From positions 1-64,000 of IMG/VR virus record IMGVR_UViG_3300035158_000293: a stretch of 64,000 nucleotides of DNA; one strand, 5' to 3'. Below, piece by piece: positions 1 to 9,565 of this stretch. A model generated the notes under the pieces. That model saw only the letters and a program-made list of their open reading frames with translations. It made no database searches and was not told where the DNA came from. Each line of letters starts with the position of its first letter. Positions within the stretch are counted from its first letter, which is position 1. The DNA is from a virus. The position numbers were made by a program, and so were the translations under genes.

Positions 1-881
1 GACGCATCGATCCATAAGGAGTCGATACTTGTACAAACCAGCGTGGCGTTGCGGTAGACATATGCGTTGAGCTTGCTGTCGTTTGCCGCAAACGTACCAC
101 CGCCCGCCATAGCTGTTGCTGTCAAGGTTACAAAAGCCTGTGTCGAGGCTGTCACGGTGGCCAGCGTCTGGCCCGGTCCGATTAGGATGGCGCTATCTTC
201 AAACTCCCAATCGCAATTATTGTCCCGCATATCAATGAGTGGGGACGTAGCAGCGAAAAAAGAAAAGGTCACGTTCCTGAATTTAACATTAGAGCCGTGC
301 CACTTGTTGGTTACGGTTCCAAAGGAAAGACTTGGTCTGCCGGAATGTGTCAGTTCCCCTTCGAACAAGATGTTCGACACATCCTTGTCTGCCGTGTCAC
401 AATTGACAGTCATATCGTCGAGAATAAGGATGCGCCCACCCTTTGACCCCAAGGCGTCGATGGCGTCGTCGAAATTGTCGTAATCCGCTCCAGCAGGAGC
501 AAGCGTAACGGTGCGGTCCGGCACAGCTTCGGCTGCCAGAGTGTCCAGCGCTTCCGTCATTTTGGTGGGATTCGGGGTCGGCCAGTCGGCAGGCGTAGTG
601 GGGGTGTAAAGCACGTCGATAGGGCGAATGTGATCGCCGACAGTTCGAGAGAAGAAACTGGAGTTCAAGAAATCCGTAGTTCCGCCTGCACCAACCTTAA
701 CTTTTTCATCAGAACCGACATAGGGTGCGAACTCCAACCCATCCTCGGTCGCGTTGACACGGACAGCTAAACCGCTTGCTCCGGTGTAAGCCGCAGGAGT
801 GTCGTCCAACCCTATAAAGTCGGACGCACCAACTACAACACTTCCTGAACCTGCGTTTATAGGGTACCGTAAGATTCCCAT
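1..881 (-). CDS. Tail spike / tail fibre protein, truncated by window start
   Basis: Not in the ORF track because there is no stop in the window. Manual translation from ATG 881: MGILRYPINAGSGSVVVGASDFIGLDDTPAAYTGASGLAVRVNATEDGLEF... The FxGLxDTPxxYTG..VRVNxxxDGLEF motif is typical of phage fibres. DYDNFDDAIDALGSKGGRILI resembles the cap of a beta-helix tailspike. Confidence 0.7.
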   Translation of the reverse strand, partial: MGILRYPINAGSGSVVVGASDFIGLDDTPAAYTGASGLAVRVNATEDGLEFAPYVGSDEKVKVGAGGTTDFLNSSFFSRTVGDHIRPIDVLYTPTTPADWPTPNPTKMTEALDTLAAEAVPDRTVTLAPAGADYDNFDDAIDALGSKGGRILILDDMTVNCDTADKDVSNILFEGELTHSGRPSLSFGTVTNKWHGSNVKFRNVTFSFFAATSPLIDMRDNNCDWEFEDSAILIGPGQTLATVTASTQAFVTLTATAMAGGGTFAANDSKLNAYVYRNATLVCTSIDSLWIDA

Positions 882-884
882 GTG

Positions 885-1250
885 TTACACCTCAATCATG
901 ATTTCCACGTCAATGGCGGCATTACCTCCGAGAGGCGTAACCGCACAAAAAAGCAAGTGGTCGTCTGTTTTGCTGGCTGCACCCTTGTCATGATAAGCCT
1001 TGTCAATATCCGTTATATCCATGCGTTCAGGGGGTGTCGCTGTTGCGCCTTCCCATAAGAGTAGTGAATCCAAGTCTATCCCGCTGGTAATGGTGCGTAG
1101 TTCTAAATTGAAAGACGTCGCCGTGCCGCTGGTAACAACAGCGGTAACTTGTTTAATTTTACCCACACGAGGAGCCGAAAAAGACTGTTCAGCCTCTACA
1201 CCATCGACCAAACCCTCAAAGGTCAATTCGGTACGATACAATCCCGACAT
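885..1250 (-). CDS. Hypothetical protein, beta-rich, probably virion structural
   Basis: 121-aa ORF packed between neighbours with gaps of a few nt. Confidence 0.65.
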   Translation of the reverse strand: MSGLYRTELTFEGLVDGVEAEQSFSAPRVGKIKQVTAVVTSGTATSFNLELRTITSGIDLDSLLLWEGATATPPERMDITDIDKAYHDKGAASKTDDHLLFCAVTPLGGNAAIDVEIMIEV

Positions 1251-1254
1251 CGTG

Positions 1255-4200
1255 TTAGCTCCTCTTGGAAGCGTTCAAAGCTTTTTGAATCGCCTCATGA
1301 ACCTCTGGAAACTTTTTCTTGAAAGCCTTCGGTGCCGCCGCGTACAAAGCCAACTGCCGCTTGTCTATATTTGCTTCCTGCAACCCAGTATAGCACGCCA
1401 GCGCGAGGTCGGCAACACACTCCGCGAGAGTAATTATGGCTATCGGCAATTCAACACCCGCACGCGCCTCTTTGTAGCTGTATGTATTGGCGTTGTAAAG
1501 GCGTATGTCGCCCTCAACAATTTCCCCCGGAACCACCGTGTTGGGAACGTCCAAGAACTCCACCACTACGTCTGACAAACCCAACCGCTCGGAGAAGGCA
1601 GGGATTTGCTCCTTGATCTTGCAGACAAAGGGGGTGTCCTCTGTTTTTGACGTTGTGTCAAAATCCACCCGCACCGCGTCATCGGTTTTTCCCGTCAACT
1701 CCATGTATTCTGCCGCAACCGGCAACAAAACCTCACCTAGCGCAACCTCGTGCGCCTGTAACGCTTCTACCAAGCTTTTGTGACTCCCCGGAACTCCAAC
1801 CACAATCCTGTAATTCACACCGTCGCGGCGCAATACTGCGGATGTGTGTGCTTTACCGCCCTCGAACACCAACGTGTTCACTCGTGTAAACACCGGTGAA
1901 CCCTTCAAATCCATGTCAGTAGTCTGCCCCGCAACCAACGGTACAGAAGCTTCGGGTTTGTCTGTGATGTGCTCCAAAAGTGCTTGGACACGCTGGCACG
2001 CCAACGGCTCCAACGTGGTTAAGGCAGTCATGTGTTCTTCGATACTCTCCGTCAAGTACTCCTGTGCGTGCTCGGGCAAGACTACGGACGCAAGCGCCTC
2101 CAAATCCTCCTCGGACACATCCACAAGCCCAAAGAGATCAGAGTACACACGCTGTCGAATTTGTTCTTCGGTTTCCCCTTCTGTCAGGTTTTTGGCAATG
2201 TCTGCATCCAGACGCGGTGTTGCCTGTCCTGTGTTGGAAAACTTCCGACGCATTTTGAGCACTTGGTCTGCCGCGTAGTCGCTAAACCGAGCAGGGCCAT
2301 TGAAGCTGTTCCACTCCTCCTGCAAAAGCTCACGTTCATGTGCAAGTAACGCCTTTACACCAAGCGCTTTGGCCGCATCCTCACAAAAAGCATCGAAACC
2401 CTCGGAAAGCCAACGCATGAACACCGGGGATTTCATCTTGGTAGCCTCGGTCAGCGCGGCACGGTGCCTAACATTGTTCTGCAAAAACGCCGTTAGGCAC
2501 CTCTCCCGTACCTGCCGCGTCGCTTCTCGTTCCTGTTTCCTCACGGTAAATCGCGACCTTGCCTGTACACCACGTACAAAACGTGTCCACGCTGTGTGTA
2601 GTGGGGCTTCGTCTTCTGTAAGCACCTCGCACCGATTGGGGTGTACAGTCTTCACGTCAGCTACAAATTGCTGGAACCCTTGTTTGCTATCTTCGGGCGC
2701 GTTCGTATCGAGATGCTGCGCCCACCTGTTGCGGAAGGTGAAAGGGTGCTTTTCTGCGTAATCCAGCAAGCCTTCCACTACGGCATTCAATGGTATTGAG
2801 CACCCCTTCGTCGTGTGCAACCAATCAAGGTAACGCCCATATGCCCGCTCAAACTCGACGACGCTCTCTGCAAACGCGGTGCGCAAAGCACTTCGCAGGT
2901 TGCTTGGCAGGTCTTCATGTCGCTTGAATCCTTTCAAATAAGGCTTCAACTCGGGGACGTAGACCTCTATATGGGCATCGCGGCTCAAAGCGCGAGGGTG
3001 GAACAATACACTTTCACCAAAACAAGCATCATCGGAATAGAACACCAGTTTCAAACTACCAACCGACCCTCGAGCACTTTCCAATCTGCACATATTGAGT
3101 GGGTTTTTGAGCATGATGCCCCGGCGACGATACTTGCGATCTTTGTATAACTCAAAATCATCCACCGTGAGTTCTGACAAACGCCTCGACATGCTCTCAT
3201 GGACGGCTTCCGCTTCCCCACAATTGTCCCGCGCGATTATGTGACGTGTTATCTCGGTTGAAGGTAAGGCGTTTGATGTTGAAAGTGCTTCGTCGAGTAT
3301 TCGCTCTTCTTCGACTACGGACTTGTCCAGAGGGGATGTAACAAACAAGTCAACCAAAGAGCCCTCAGTCTCTTGAAGTCTCTTATGCGCCTGCGCCTTT
3401 GCTTTGGCCAACCATGCTTGTCCTTTTTTGTTCTTAATCGGCGCGTCCATAATTCGACGAGCGATGCGACTAACGGCGGGTGACAGAACGCTCTTCCATT
3501 GATGGGGCGTCAAGTCCTTTTCGTTGTCGATCACAAAGAAGTTTTTCTTCCCGAAAAGCTGTTTGTATTTATCTAAATTGCGATGGGCTCCGCGCCATGC
3601 GTCGTCAATATACGACGGAGGAACATCGCGGCCCCCGGCTTCCGCACGTTTTTTGTTGCGTTCGAGGGCCTTTTCCAGACTCGTAGTAACAAACACCATA
3701 TAGACGTCGTAACCGTTGGCCCGCAACCGCTGAACAGGCTTGAAAATTCGGTCGAAAGCCCACCCTGTGCTGTCAACAATAACCCCTCGACGCTGCTGGG
3801 CGTAGTACCGCAATTCCTTTTTCTTTAGATCACGGGCACGAGTAAACAAGTTGTAATGCCAACCAGCTTCCCCAAAAGGAATACCAGATTCTCGAAGGAA
3901 CTTTTCGAGGTGGCGATCTTGACTGATGACTTTGAACCCCGTACCAGCGAACATTTCCTCGCCTACAGCACTTTTACCAGAACCGCCAGCACCGGCCAAG
4001 AAAATAGCTTTGAGTTGTTGGGGGTCTCTGTAACCCTCTGTCAACCCTAAAGCCTCGGTGAGTGGACGCCCTAAAACCTTATCGAGGCTTTCATCCACAT
4101 CACTCGGGTCCACCAAAACCAAGCCGTCCATAAGGTCATCAGGCGTGTAAGGGTAGTCGCAGGTGTACAATGCTTCCACAATTGTACGTTTGCGGTGCCC

Positions 4201-4560
4201 AACGTCTTCACAGTAAGCAACCGCGGCTTTCACGACATCCAAACCATACACAGCCGCGAACTTCGTGAGGGCAGCATCATACTCGTCTTCATCAAGCGGG
4301 GGCGGTGGATCGTTGTCTTCTATCCAATTAGCCCGCAGATACAAAGCCTCACACAAACGCTTTGTCTCAACGGAAACTTCCACACGTTCCCGGTCTGCTG
4401 TAGTCAGGTTGCGTAAACGAAAAGACTCCCCGGTGGGAGTATGTACCGCGAACCACTTGCCGGATTCCGAATAAACGGGTAAAAACGCTCCGACAGGATC
4501 GGCGGTCGTGCTATCTTCAAGCACGACGTGACGATAACTGTAAGGATCGTAGACTTTCAC
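1255..4560 (-). CDS. 1101-aa modular protein with internal zeta-toxin/AAA_33-like P-loop kinase domain
   Basis: KAIFLAGAGGSGKS (Walker A), VISQD, GVIVDSTG and GYDVYMVFVTTSLEKALERNKKR..GGRDVP at ~3400-4035. Confidence 0.8.
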   Translation of the reverse strand: MKVYDPYSYRHVVLEDSTTADPVGAFLPVYSESGKWFAVHTPTGESFRLRNLTTADRERVEVSVETKRLCEALYLRANWIEDNDPPPPLDEDEYDAALTKFAAVYGLDVVKAAVAYCEDVGHRKRTIVEALYTCDYPYTPDDLMDGLVLVDPSDVDESLDKVLGRPLTEALGLTEGYRDPQQLKAIFLAGAGGSGKSAVGEEMFAGTGFKVISQDRHLEKFLRESGIPFGEAGWHYNLFTRARDLKKKELRYYAQQRRGVIVDSTGWAFDRIFKPVQRLRANGYDVYMVFVTTSLEKALERNKKRAEAGGRDVPPSYIDDAWRGAHRNLDKYKQLFGKKNFFVIDNEKDLTPHQWKSVLSPAVSRIARRIMDAPIKNKKGQAWLAKAKAQAHKRLQETEGSLVDLFVTSPLDKSVVEEERILDEALSTSNALPSTEITRHIIARDNCGEAEAVHESMSRRLSELTVDDFELYKDRKYRRRGIMLKNPLNMCRLESARGSVGSLKLVFYSDDACFGESVLFHPRALSRDAHIEVYVPELKPYLKGFKRHEDLPSNLRSALRTAFAESVVEFERAYGRYLDWLHTTKGCSIPLNAVVEGLLDYAEKHPFTFRNRWAQHLDTNAPEDSKQGFQQFVADVKTVHPNRCEVLTEDEAPLHTAWTRFVRGVQARSRFTVRKQEREATRQVRERCLTAFLQNNVRHRAALTEATKMKSPVFMRWLSEGFDAFCEDAAKALGVKALLAHERELLQEEWNSFNGPARFSDYAADQVLKMRRKFSNTGQATPRLDADIAKNLTEGETEEQIRQRVYSDLFGLVDVSEEDLEALASVVLPEHAQEYLTESIEEHMTALTTLEPLACQRVQALLEHITDKPEASVPLVAGQTTDMDLKGSPVFTRVNTLVFEGGKAHTSAVLRRDGVNYRIVVGVPGSHKSLVEALQAHEVALGEVLLPVAAEYMELTGKTDDAVRVDFDTTSKTEDTPFVCKIKEQIPAFSERLGLSDVVVEFLDVPNTVVPGEIVEGDIRLYNANTYSYKEARAGVELPIAIITLAECVADLALACYTGLQEANIDKRQLALYAAAPKAFKKKFPEVHEAIQKALNASKRS

Positions 4561-4967
4561 CGTTTTTCCATTCGTTTCAGAGCCCTGAAAGCTAACGAGG
4601 CTCCGCGGCGCGACTCGGACACCGTGGAAGCCTCTTCTTCGTATTCGTCGTCTTCAACCAAAATCACCCGGCTGTTCCGCGAGTTAATAAGGGGTGTAGC
4701 TGGAATACCTTCGTCGTCAACATCCGCAAAGTCCATGTCTTCGTCCACGTCGTCAATATCGTCTTCCTCTTGAAGGCGTTGACGTAGCTGCCCAAGAGTC
4801 AAATGCGTGGGCTGGTGTGTGTTGTTGTTTTTTCGTCTTGGGGATGTTGTATGTCGTGGCTTTTTACCTTTGCCCAAAGCTGCCAAGGTATTAACGGCGT
4901 TGTCGTCCGTTTGACTTTCTTGGAATGTCAAAGGCGCTGGTTGTCGTGGAACCGGTCGATTCCCCAC
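4557..4967 (-). CDS. Hypothetical acidic protein
   Basis: GTG start with an upstream AGGGGG SD; 4-nt overlap with the next gene. Confidence 0.65.
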   Translation of the reverse strand: MGNRPVPRQPAPLTFQESQTDDNAVNTLAALGKGKKPRHTTSPRRKNNNTHQPTHLTLGQLRQRLQEEDDIDDVDEDMDFADVDDEGIPATPLINSRNSRVILVEDDEYEEEASTVSESRRGASLAFRALKRMEKR

Positions 4968-5002
4968 AGTTGCCCCCTATTCCTACTACAAAGTGAACGG
5001 TA

Positions 5003-5038
5003 GAAAGAACGGGGGCACACTCTATGAGCGGCCCCCGT
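5003..5038 (-). terminator. Putative intrinsic terminator
   Basis: Minus strand reads ACGGGGGC-14 nt-GCCCCCGT then TCTTTCT, just downstream of the 5073..6023 gene. Confidence 0.55.
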
Positions 5039-5072
5039 GTAATTGCGAGCGCGTTGATACTACCGTGCCGCT

Positions 5073-6023
5073 TTAACCGTCTTCTTCGTCCTTGGGACGG
5101 CTCTCTCCAAGGCTTTCGAGAATCTGACCGGCGAGTTTCGGGCCGGACGACGGGCTGTAATCGACGGAAGCCGCGAGGTTCTTCTTCTTGCCTTTCTTGG
5201 GCGATTTTTTCTTGCCTTTCTTCTTGCCCTTCTTCTTGCCTTTTGTGGCCTTGGCTTTCTTCTTGGTGGCTTTCTTAGCCTTGGCCTTGCCTTTGCCTTT
5301 CTTGCCTTTCTTGCCTTTCTTCCACGACTGGTGCTGCTTCTTGAGTTGCGCGGCGTGCTTCTGGACGTACTTTTTGTACATCTTAATCATGGTGGGGTTG
5401 CCACCCTGCTTGTAGAAGCTTGTCCGCGTGTAGTCACCACCCTTATAGCCGGTTCCGGGCTCTGTCTTTTCGATGAAGCCCTTGAACATCATAGCACCGA
5501 GCATGGCGTTGACCAGTTCAGCCCCTTTAGCGCGGGACTTGTGAATCTTCTTGAAGTCACCCTTCTTCCACTCGAAAACGCCATCGTCCTCTTCGTCGTC
5601 TTCGTCTTCACTCAGGAGGCTTGTAATAGCTGCAATGCGAGCCTTGTCCTGAAGCGAGTCATCGGGCATGATGTTCTCGACGTAGTAGCCGAACATGTCC
5701 ACGAGGTCGTCCTGATCGACATGCTCCCACACGTCTGTTCCTGCAAGGAGTCTGCGGACGTGTGTTTCTTCGTCCTCGTAGTCGTCCTCGTCGAGTTCTG
5801 CCTCGTCGATGAATTCAACTTCGTCCTCTTCGTCGATCCTGAAAGCGACGGTCTGGATGGCTTCCTCGAGGTCTTCATCCTCGAACAGATCGGAAAAGTC
5901 TACAAAGTCCAAGAACCCTTCGATGACTTCACCCTCAAAAGTAAGGGTGCCGTCTTCGTTGAACAGGATGCGTTCGACGTCCCCATCGAAGCTGCCCCGG
6001 TCATTTGTCAGTATGATAGGCAT
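5073..6023 (-). CDS. 316-aa protein with very acidic N-half and Lys-rich C-terminal tail (possible head core/DNA-condensing protein)
   Basis: GGAGG SD; D/E-rich first ~150 aa; KKGKKGKKGKGKAKAKKATKKKAK tail. Confidence 0.75.
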   Translation of the reverse strand: MPIILTNDRGSFDGDVERILFNEDGTLTFEGEVIEGFLDFVDFSDLFEDEDLEEAIQTVAFRIDEEDEVEFIDEAELDEDDYEDEETHVRRLLAGTDVWEHVDQDDLVDMFGYYVENIMPDDSLQDKARIAAITSLLSEDEDDEEDDGVFEWKKGDFKKIHKSRAKGAELVNAMLGAMMFKGFIEKTEPGTGYKGGDYTRTSFYKQGGNPTMIKMYKKYVQKHAAQLKKQHQSWKKGKKGKKGKGKAKAKKATKKKAKATKGKKKGKKKGKKKSPKKGKKKNLAASVDYSPSSGPKLAGQILESLGESRPKDEEDG

Positions 6024-6067
6024 TTTAGCCTCCTCGTAGTTACAAAGTCCTTTGGTTTTCCTTTTGG

Positions 6068-6097
6068 TATTCTACCTGATGTTTGAAGCTTGTCCAA
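6068..6097 (-). promoter_or_regulatory. Putative sigma70-type promoter
   Basis: TTGGACA ... GG-TAGAAT upstream of 6023. It overlaps a 9-bp inverted repeat (6090-6098/6117-6125) and lies next to the palindrome at 6134. Confidence 0.45.
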
Positions 6098-6143
6098 CAC
6101 AAAAACAAGGTTTGCCGTTGGACAAACGCGCTTTGACGTTGTG

Positions 6144-9100
6144 TCAAAACTGCTCGGCGATGTCTTGCGGAACCGAGAGAATGAGCTTACCGCCGGAGTA
6201 CCGCACAGGTGTATCATCCGGCAACCTCAAAAACTCGGCCCTCTGCATCACCTCTTGCGCCTTTGATCGGTCAAATTCAATCTCGACCAAACCGTCGGCG
6301 TCATCGTCGTCCTCGGACTCTGAAAGACCCACACCAATGAGCGCGGCGTCTTCCTCGGTCAGAGTTACTACCATATCACCAGATTCCGTGAACGTGACGT
6401 CTGCCTCTGAAGATACGCCGCGTTCATCGGCGTAGTTCGTAAACTTGGCAATGTCGGCTTTCGGAATCGTTATCCTGATTTCGTCTACTTCTTCTTCCAC
6501 GGACTCAGCAAACATGTCTTCAGCGTCGTCAGCCATTTCTTCTGCCGCAGCCTCGATTTCACGTTTGGGAGCCCCTTTGAATTCTTGTGTTAAAAGGTCA
6601 ACGTAAGCGCGTTCAAGCCTTCTACCACCACCGAACCGCTTATAGAGACGAACAGCTTCCAGATAGATAGGTTCGATATTCACTACCTGAAGCTGAATCT
6701 CGTCCGCGTCCATATCTTTTGGGTTGCCGAAGACTTCGTTGATGATCTCATCACCGTTTGTATGCTGGCTCCGCGCTTCGTCGGTTTGACGTTGTCTGAT
6801 CGCTTTCTGCACCTCTTTCGGGAGCCGCTTCACGCTGACCTTTTTCCCAAGGTGCTTACCAAGGTGAACGTGCTTGCCCACATCGCCTACAAACTGGTTG
6901 AAGCCTTGAGGACTGAATGGCCGATTACTCATACCATACGCCTCGGTCCCGATGATAACAGTATAACGGTCAAACGCATCCTCACCAGCGTCGTACACAA
7001 CGACCTTCTGCGCTTCATCCACGGACTCGCCGGTCATGTATTGACGCAAGCGCTTCCGAATACGTTGCTGTATCTTTTGCGGCAACCTATTCATGGGGAC
7101 TTTCTTCCACTTTGGATTTATTTGCAAATCCCAACTAGCGGGTCCGATTTCGCCTGCGTACATATCGACGCCGTACCCGATGTCGAAGACCGTTTTGCCA
7201 ATAACAACAATGTACTGGTCCTCATACCGACCGGAATCGTACACGGTTATCTTTGGCTTCTTAGCTTCATCCACCGTTTCCGCCATCCCCTCGTACTTCT
7301 TCATGATCCGCTTGGACGCCTGTGTAGCCCATTTCTTGTTCTTGTCGATCCTGCCCTTGATCAACTCTGAGGAAACCCACGCGAAATCTTTTGGGCGCAT
7401 CTTCACCTTGTAGGCAAACGTGAGCAACTTGTTCAAGCCTTTGAACACTTCCTGATCTTGACCCTTGAGGTCATAATTGTCACGCAACTCATAGAACATC
7501 GCCCGTGTGTTCGGTGTGGTTCCGAAGTCACCGTCGGGTTTGTAGTGCTTCATTATGGGATTGCTGGTCACACTATCCATGTGTGCCGTGAACTGTTTCT
7601 TTTCGGCCTCGTACACCGCTTCCTCCTTTGACCGCATCATGTTGATGACGATCTGAATGGCGTCCTCGGTATCTTTCGCGCCCTTGTTGATCGCGTTGGT
7701 AATCATGGAGTCGATGATGTCCTCGTCAGGCTCGTCGAAGATGTCCTCGGCGGCATCCATAGCGGCCTGTTTGACCGCTTCTCGGTCGATGTCCGCTTCG
7801 TAGAGCGATTCATTCATCTCTTGCACGAACTCTTTCACCGCTTCCTTGTAGAGGTCAACTATAAGCTGTGGAGCTTTCTTGACGTTCTTGACGTGAATTT
7901 CCTCGTCCGCCCATTCCTCCTCTTCCTCGTCCATGACGGTAACTCGGAGCTTCTTGTCGTCGTAGATAGCCCGAAGCTCGATGGTGAATTCCTCGTTGTT
8001 CGCTTTGGGTTCCTTACGGGTGAAGACCCAAGTGTAAGAGTCGTAGTCGGAGTCGGTTTTGTACTGAAAACCTGCACGCCGAGTTTCATCGACGAAGGTG
8101 TTTTCAATCATGTACTTGAACTGCTTGTGAGGCCGACGCGCTTCCTGATCCGCGTAATACTCGTACCAAGAGCCCCATGTCGTGAGGTAAATCTTGCCTG
8201 TTTCCCCATCGTACAGAAGCGTGGGCTTGTACGTGTCGCCCATGTTGATGTAGTAGGCCGGGTACTCCGCGGTGAAGTCATCTCCGCGGTCTTCGTCTGG
8301 TTGAAGGTACTCCACACCAAAGCCGTCTACGAGATCGTTGATTTGTTTCAGAGCATCCTCTCCACGACCACTTTTAAGGATGTTCTTGACCTCCTTCGCA
8401 GTATCCGTGTCCACTTTGAAAGCTTTGGCAAGGTCGCGGATAGCCGGGCGAGCATCACCGATGGAAAGCTTGCGAGCTTCGTCGAGAGCTTCACCGATCA
8501 TCATAGCACCACACTCGGGACATTCGGTTTCATTGCAGGGTGTGCCTCTTTCGTGACGCATCTCATGCCCACAAGCAGGGCAGACGCACATTTCAGCGCC
8601 ACCATCACCCTGATAAGGACCACCTTGACCCATTCCATCCCCTCGACCCTCGTCAACCTCTACCAGTTGACGCAGGCCCCATATTTTGCCTTCGTCGTCG
8701 AAGCGATTTTCGTTGATCTCTTCAAGCATTTCTCGGGTCTTGCCATACACCGGCTCCACACCCTCGGCTATCAGGATGTAGTTATAACCCTTGACAACCA
8801 TACGGTTGGCGACGCGAACTTCGGACTCCGTGAGCCTCATTGGTTGTGCCTCCGTTTCCTTTGTTTCCGACCGGCCCATAGTACCCAAACTGAGGTATAG
8901 CCCGGTTTCTTTTTCAATCCAAGGTTTTAGCTGGTCAGCATAAAGACCTTCTGCCTCGGCCTTGGTGGTACGACTACCTTTTCGGGTCGCACGAACCAAC
9001 TCGACATCATACAGGTCTTTGCCTCTGTCGTAATGTATGACAAGGTAATTCGCGCTGGTCTTATTGCGCCCAATGCGAATGTTGACTGTCTTGTTCTTTT

Positions 9101-9527
9101 CGGAATAGCTTACTTGCTTGCTACCCATCATGTAAAGCGCCTTGTTACCACCTATTTGCTGAAGGACTGTTTTCGCCCAAGGCGGTACCGCTTCTTCCAA
9201 ATTCTCTCTTACTGTTTTCTTGAGGTGTTTGACATGGCGATTGATCTGTGACTGCTTACACTCGAAACGACCACCAACACGATACCCATTCGTGCCTATG
9301 TAGTTATCAAGAGGAGCACGGTACAGATCACCGTCTGGCCCTTGGAAATACTCGAACTTGCCAAGGAACATCTTGTGACCTTTACTCTTCTCTTCGCCCT
9401 CCCCTATGTCCGGGCAACCCGAATCCCACGATCCGGGTCCGACATCTGCGGGTCGGCGTATAATCTCTACTTTGGCCTTTGTAAATCCCGGAACAGGGTT
9501 GCACTTCTTCTTCCGTTTTTTCGGCAT
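6144..9527 (-). CDS. ~1127-aa modular protein (putative internal head polyprotein)
   Basis: Start moved to MPKKRK (AGGAG SD). Small modules (QQIGG...TGLYLSL; CVCPACG...CPECG; YINMGDTY; two YD(S/A)G...LP domains) are separated by (L/V)xE|A motifs. Confidence 0.75.
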   Translation of the reverse strand: MPKKRKKKCNPVPGFTKAKVEIIRRPADVGPGSWDSGCPDIGEGEEKSKGHKMFLGKFEYFQGPDGDLYRAPLDNYIGTNGYRVGGRFECKQSQINRHVKHLKKTVRENLEEAVPPWAKTVLQQIGGNKALYMMGSKQVSYSEKNKTVNIRIGRNKTSANYLVIHYDRGKDLYDVELVRATRKGSRTTKAEAEGLYADQLKPWIEKETGLYLSLGTMGRSETKETEAQPMRLTESEVRVANRMVVKGYNYILIAEGVEPVYGKTREMLEEINENRFDDEGKIWGLRQLVEVDEGRGDGMGQGGPYQGDGGAEMCVCPACGHEMRHERGTPCNETECPECGAMMIGEALDEARKLSIGDARPAIRDLAKAFKVDTDTAKEVKNILKSGRGEDALKQINDLVDGFGVEYLQPDEDRGDDFTAEYPAYYINMGDTYKPTLLYDGETGKIYLTTWGSWYEYYADQEARRPHKQFKYMIENTFVDETRRAGFQYKTDSDYDSYTWVFTRKEPKANNEEFTIELRAIYDDKKLRVTVMDEEEEEWADEEIHVKNVKKAPQLIVDLYKEAVKEFVQEMNESLYEADIDREAVKQAAMDAAEDIFDEPDEDIIDSMITNAINKGAKDTEDAIQIVINMMRSKEEAVYEAEKKQFTAHMDSVTSNPIMKHYKPDGDFGTTPNTRAMFYELRDNYDLKGQDQEVFKGLNKLLTFAYKVKMRPKDFAWVSSELIKGRIDKNKKWATQASKRIMKKYEGMAETVDEAKKPKITVYDSGRYEDQYIVVIGKTVFDIGYGVDMYAGEIGPASWDLQINPKWKKVPMNRLPQKIQQRIRKRLRQYMTGESVDEAQKVVVYDAGEDAFDRYTVIIGTEAYGMSNRPFSPQGFNQFVGDVGKHVHLGKHLGKKVSVKRLPKEVQKAIRQRQTDEARSQHTNGDEIINEVFGNPKDMDADEIQLQVVNIEPIYLEAVRLYKRFGGGRRLERAYVDLLTQEFKGAPKREIEAAAEEMADDAEDMFAESVEEEVDEIRITIPKADIAKFTNYADERGVSSEADVTFTESGDMVVTLTEEDAALIGVGLSESEDDDDADGLVEIEFDRSKAQEVMQRAEFLRLPDDTPVRYSGGKLILSVPQDIAEQF

Positions 9528-9565
9528 CGTTGTTGTGCTCCTAATGACTACGGAACTCGTTGTTT

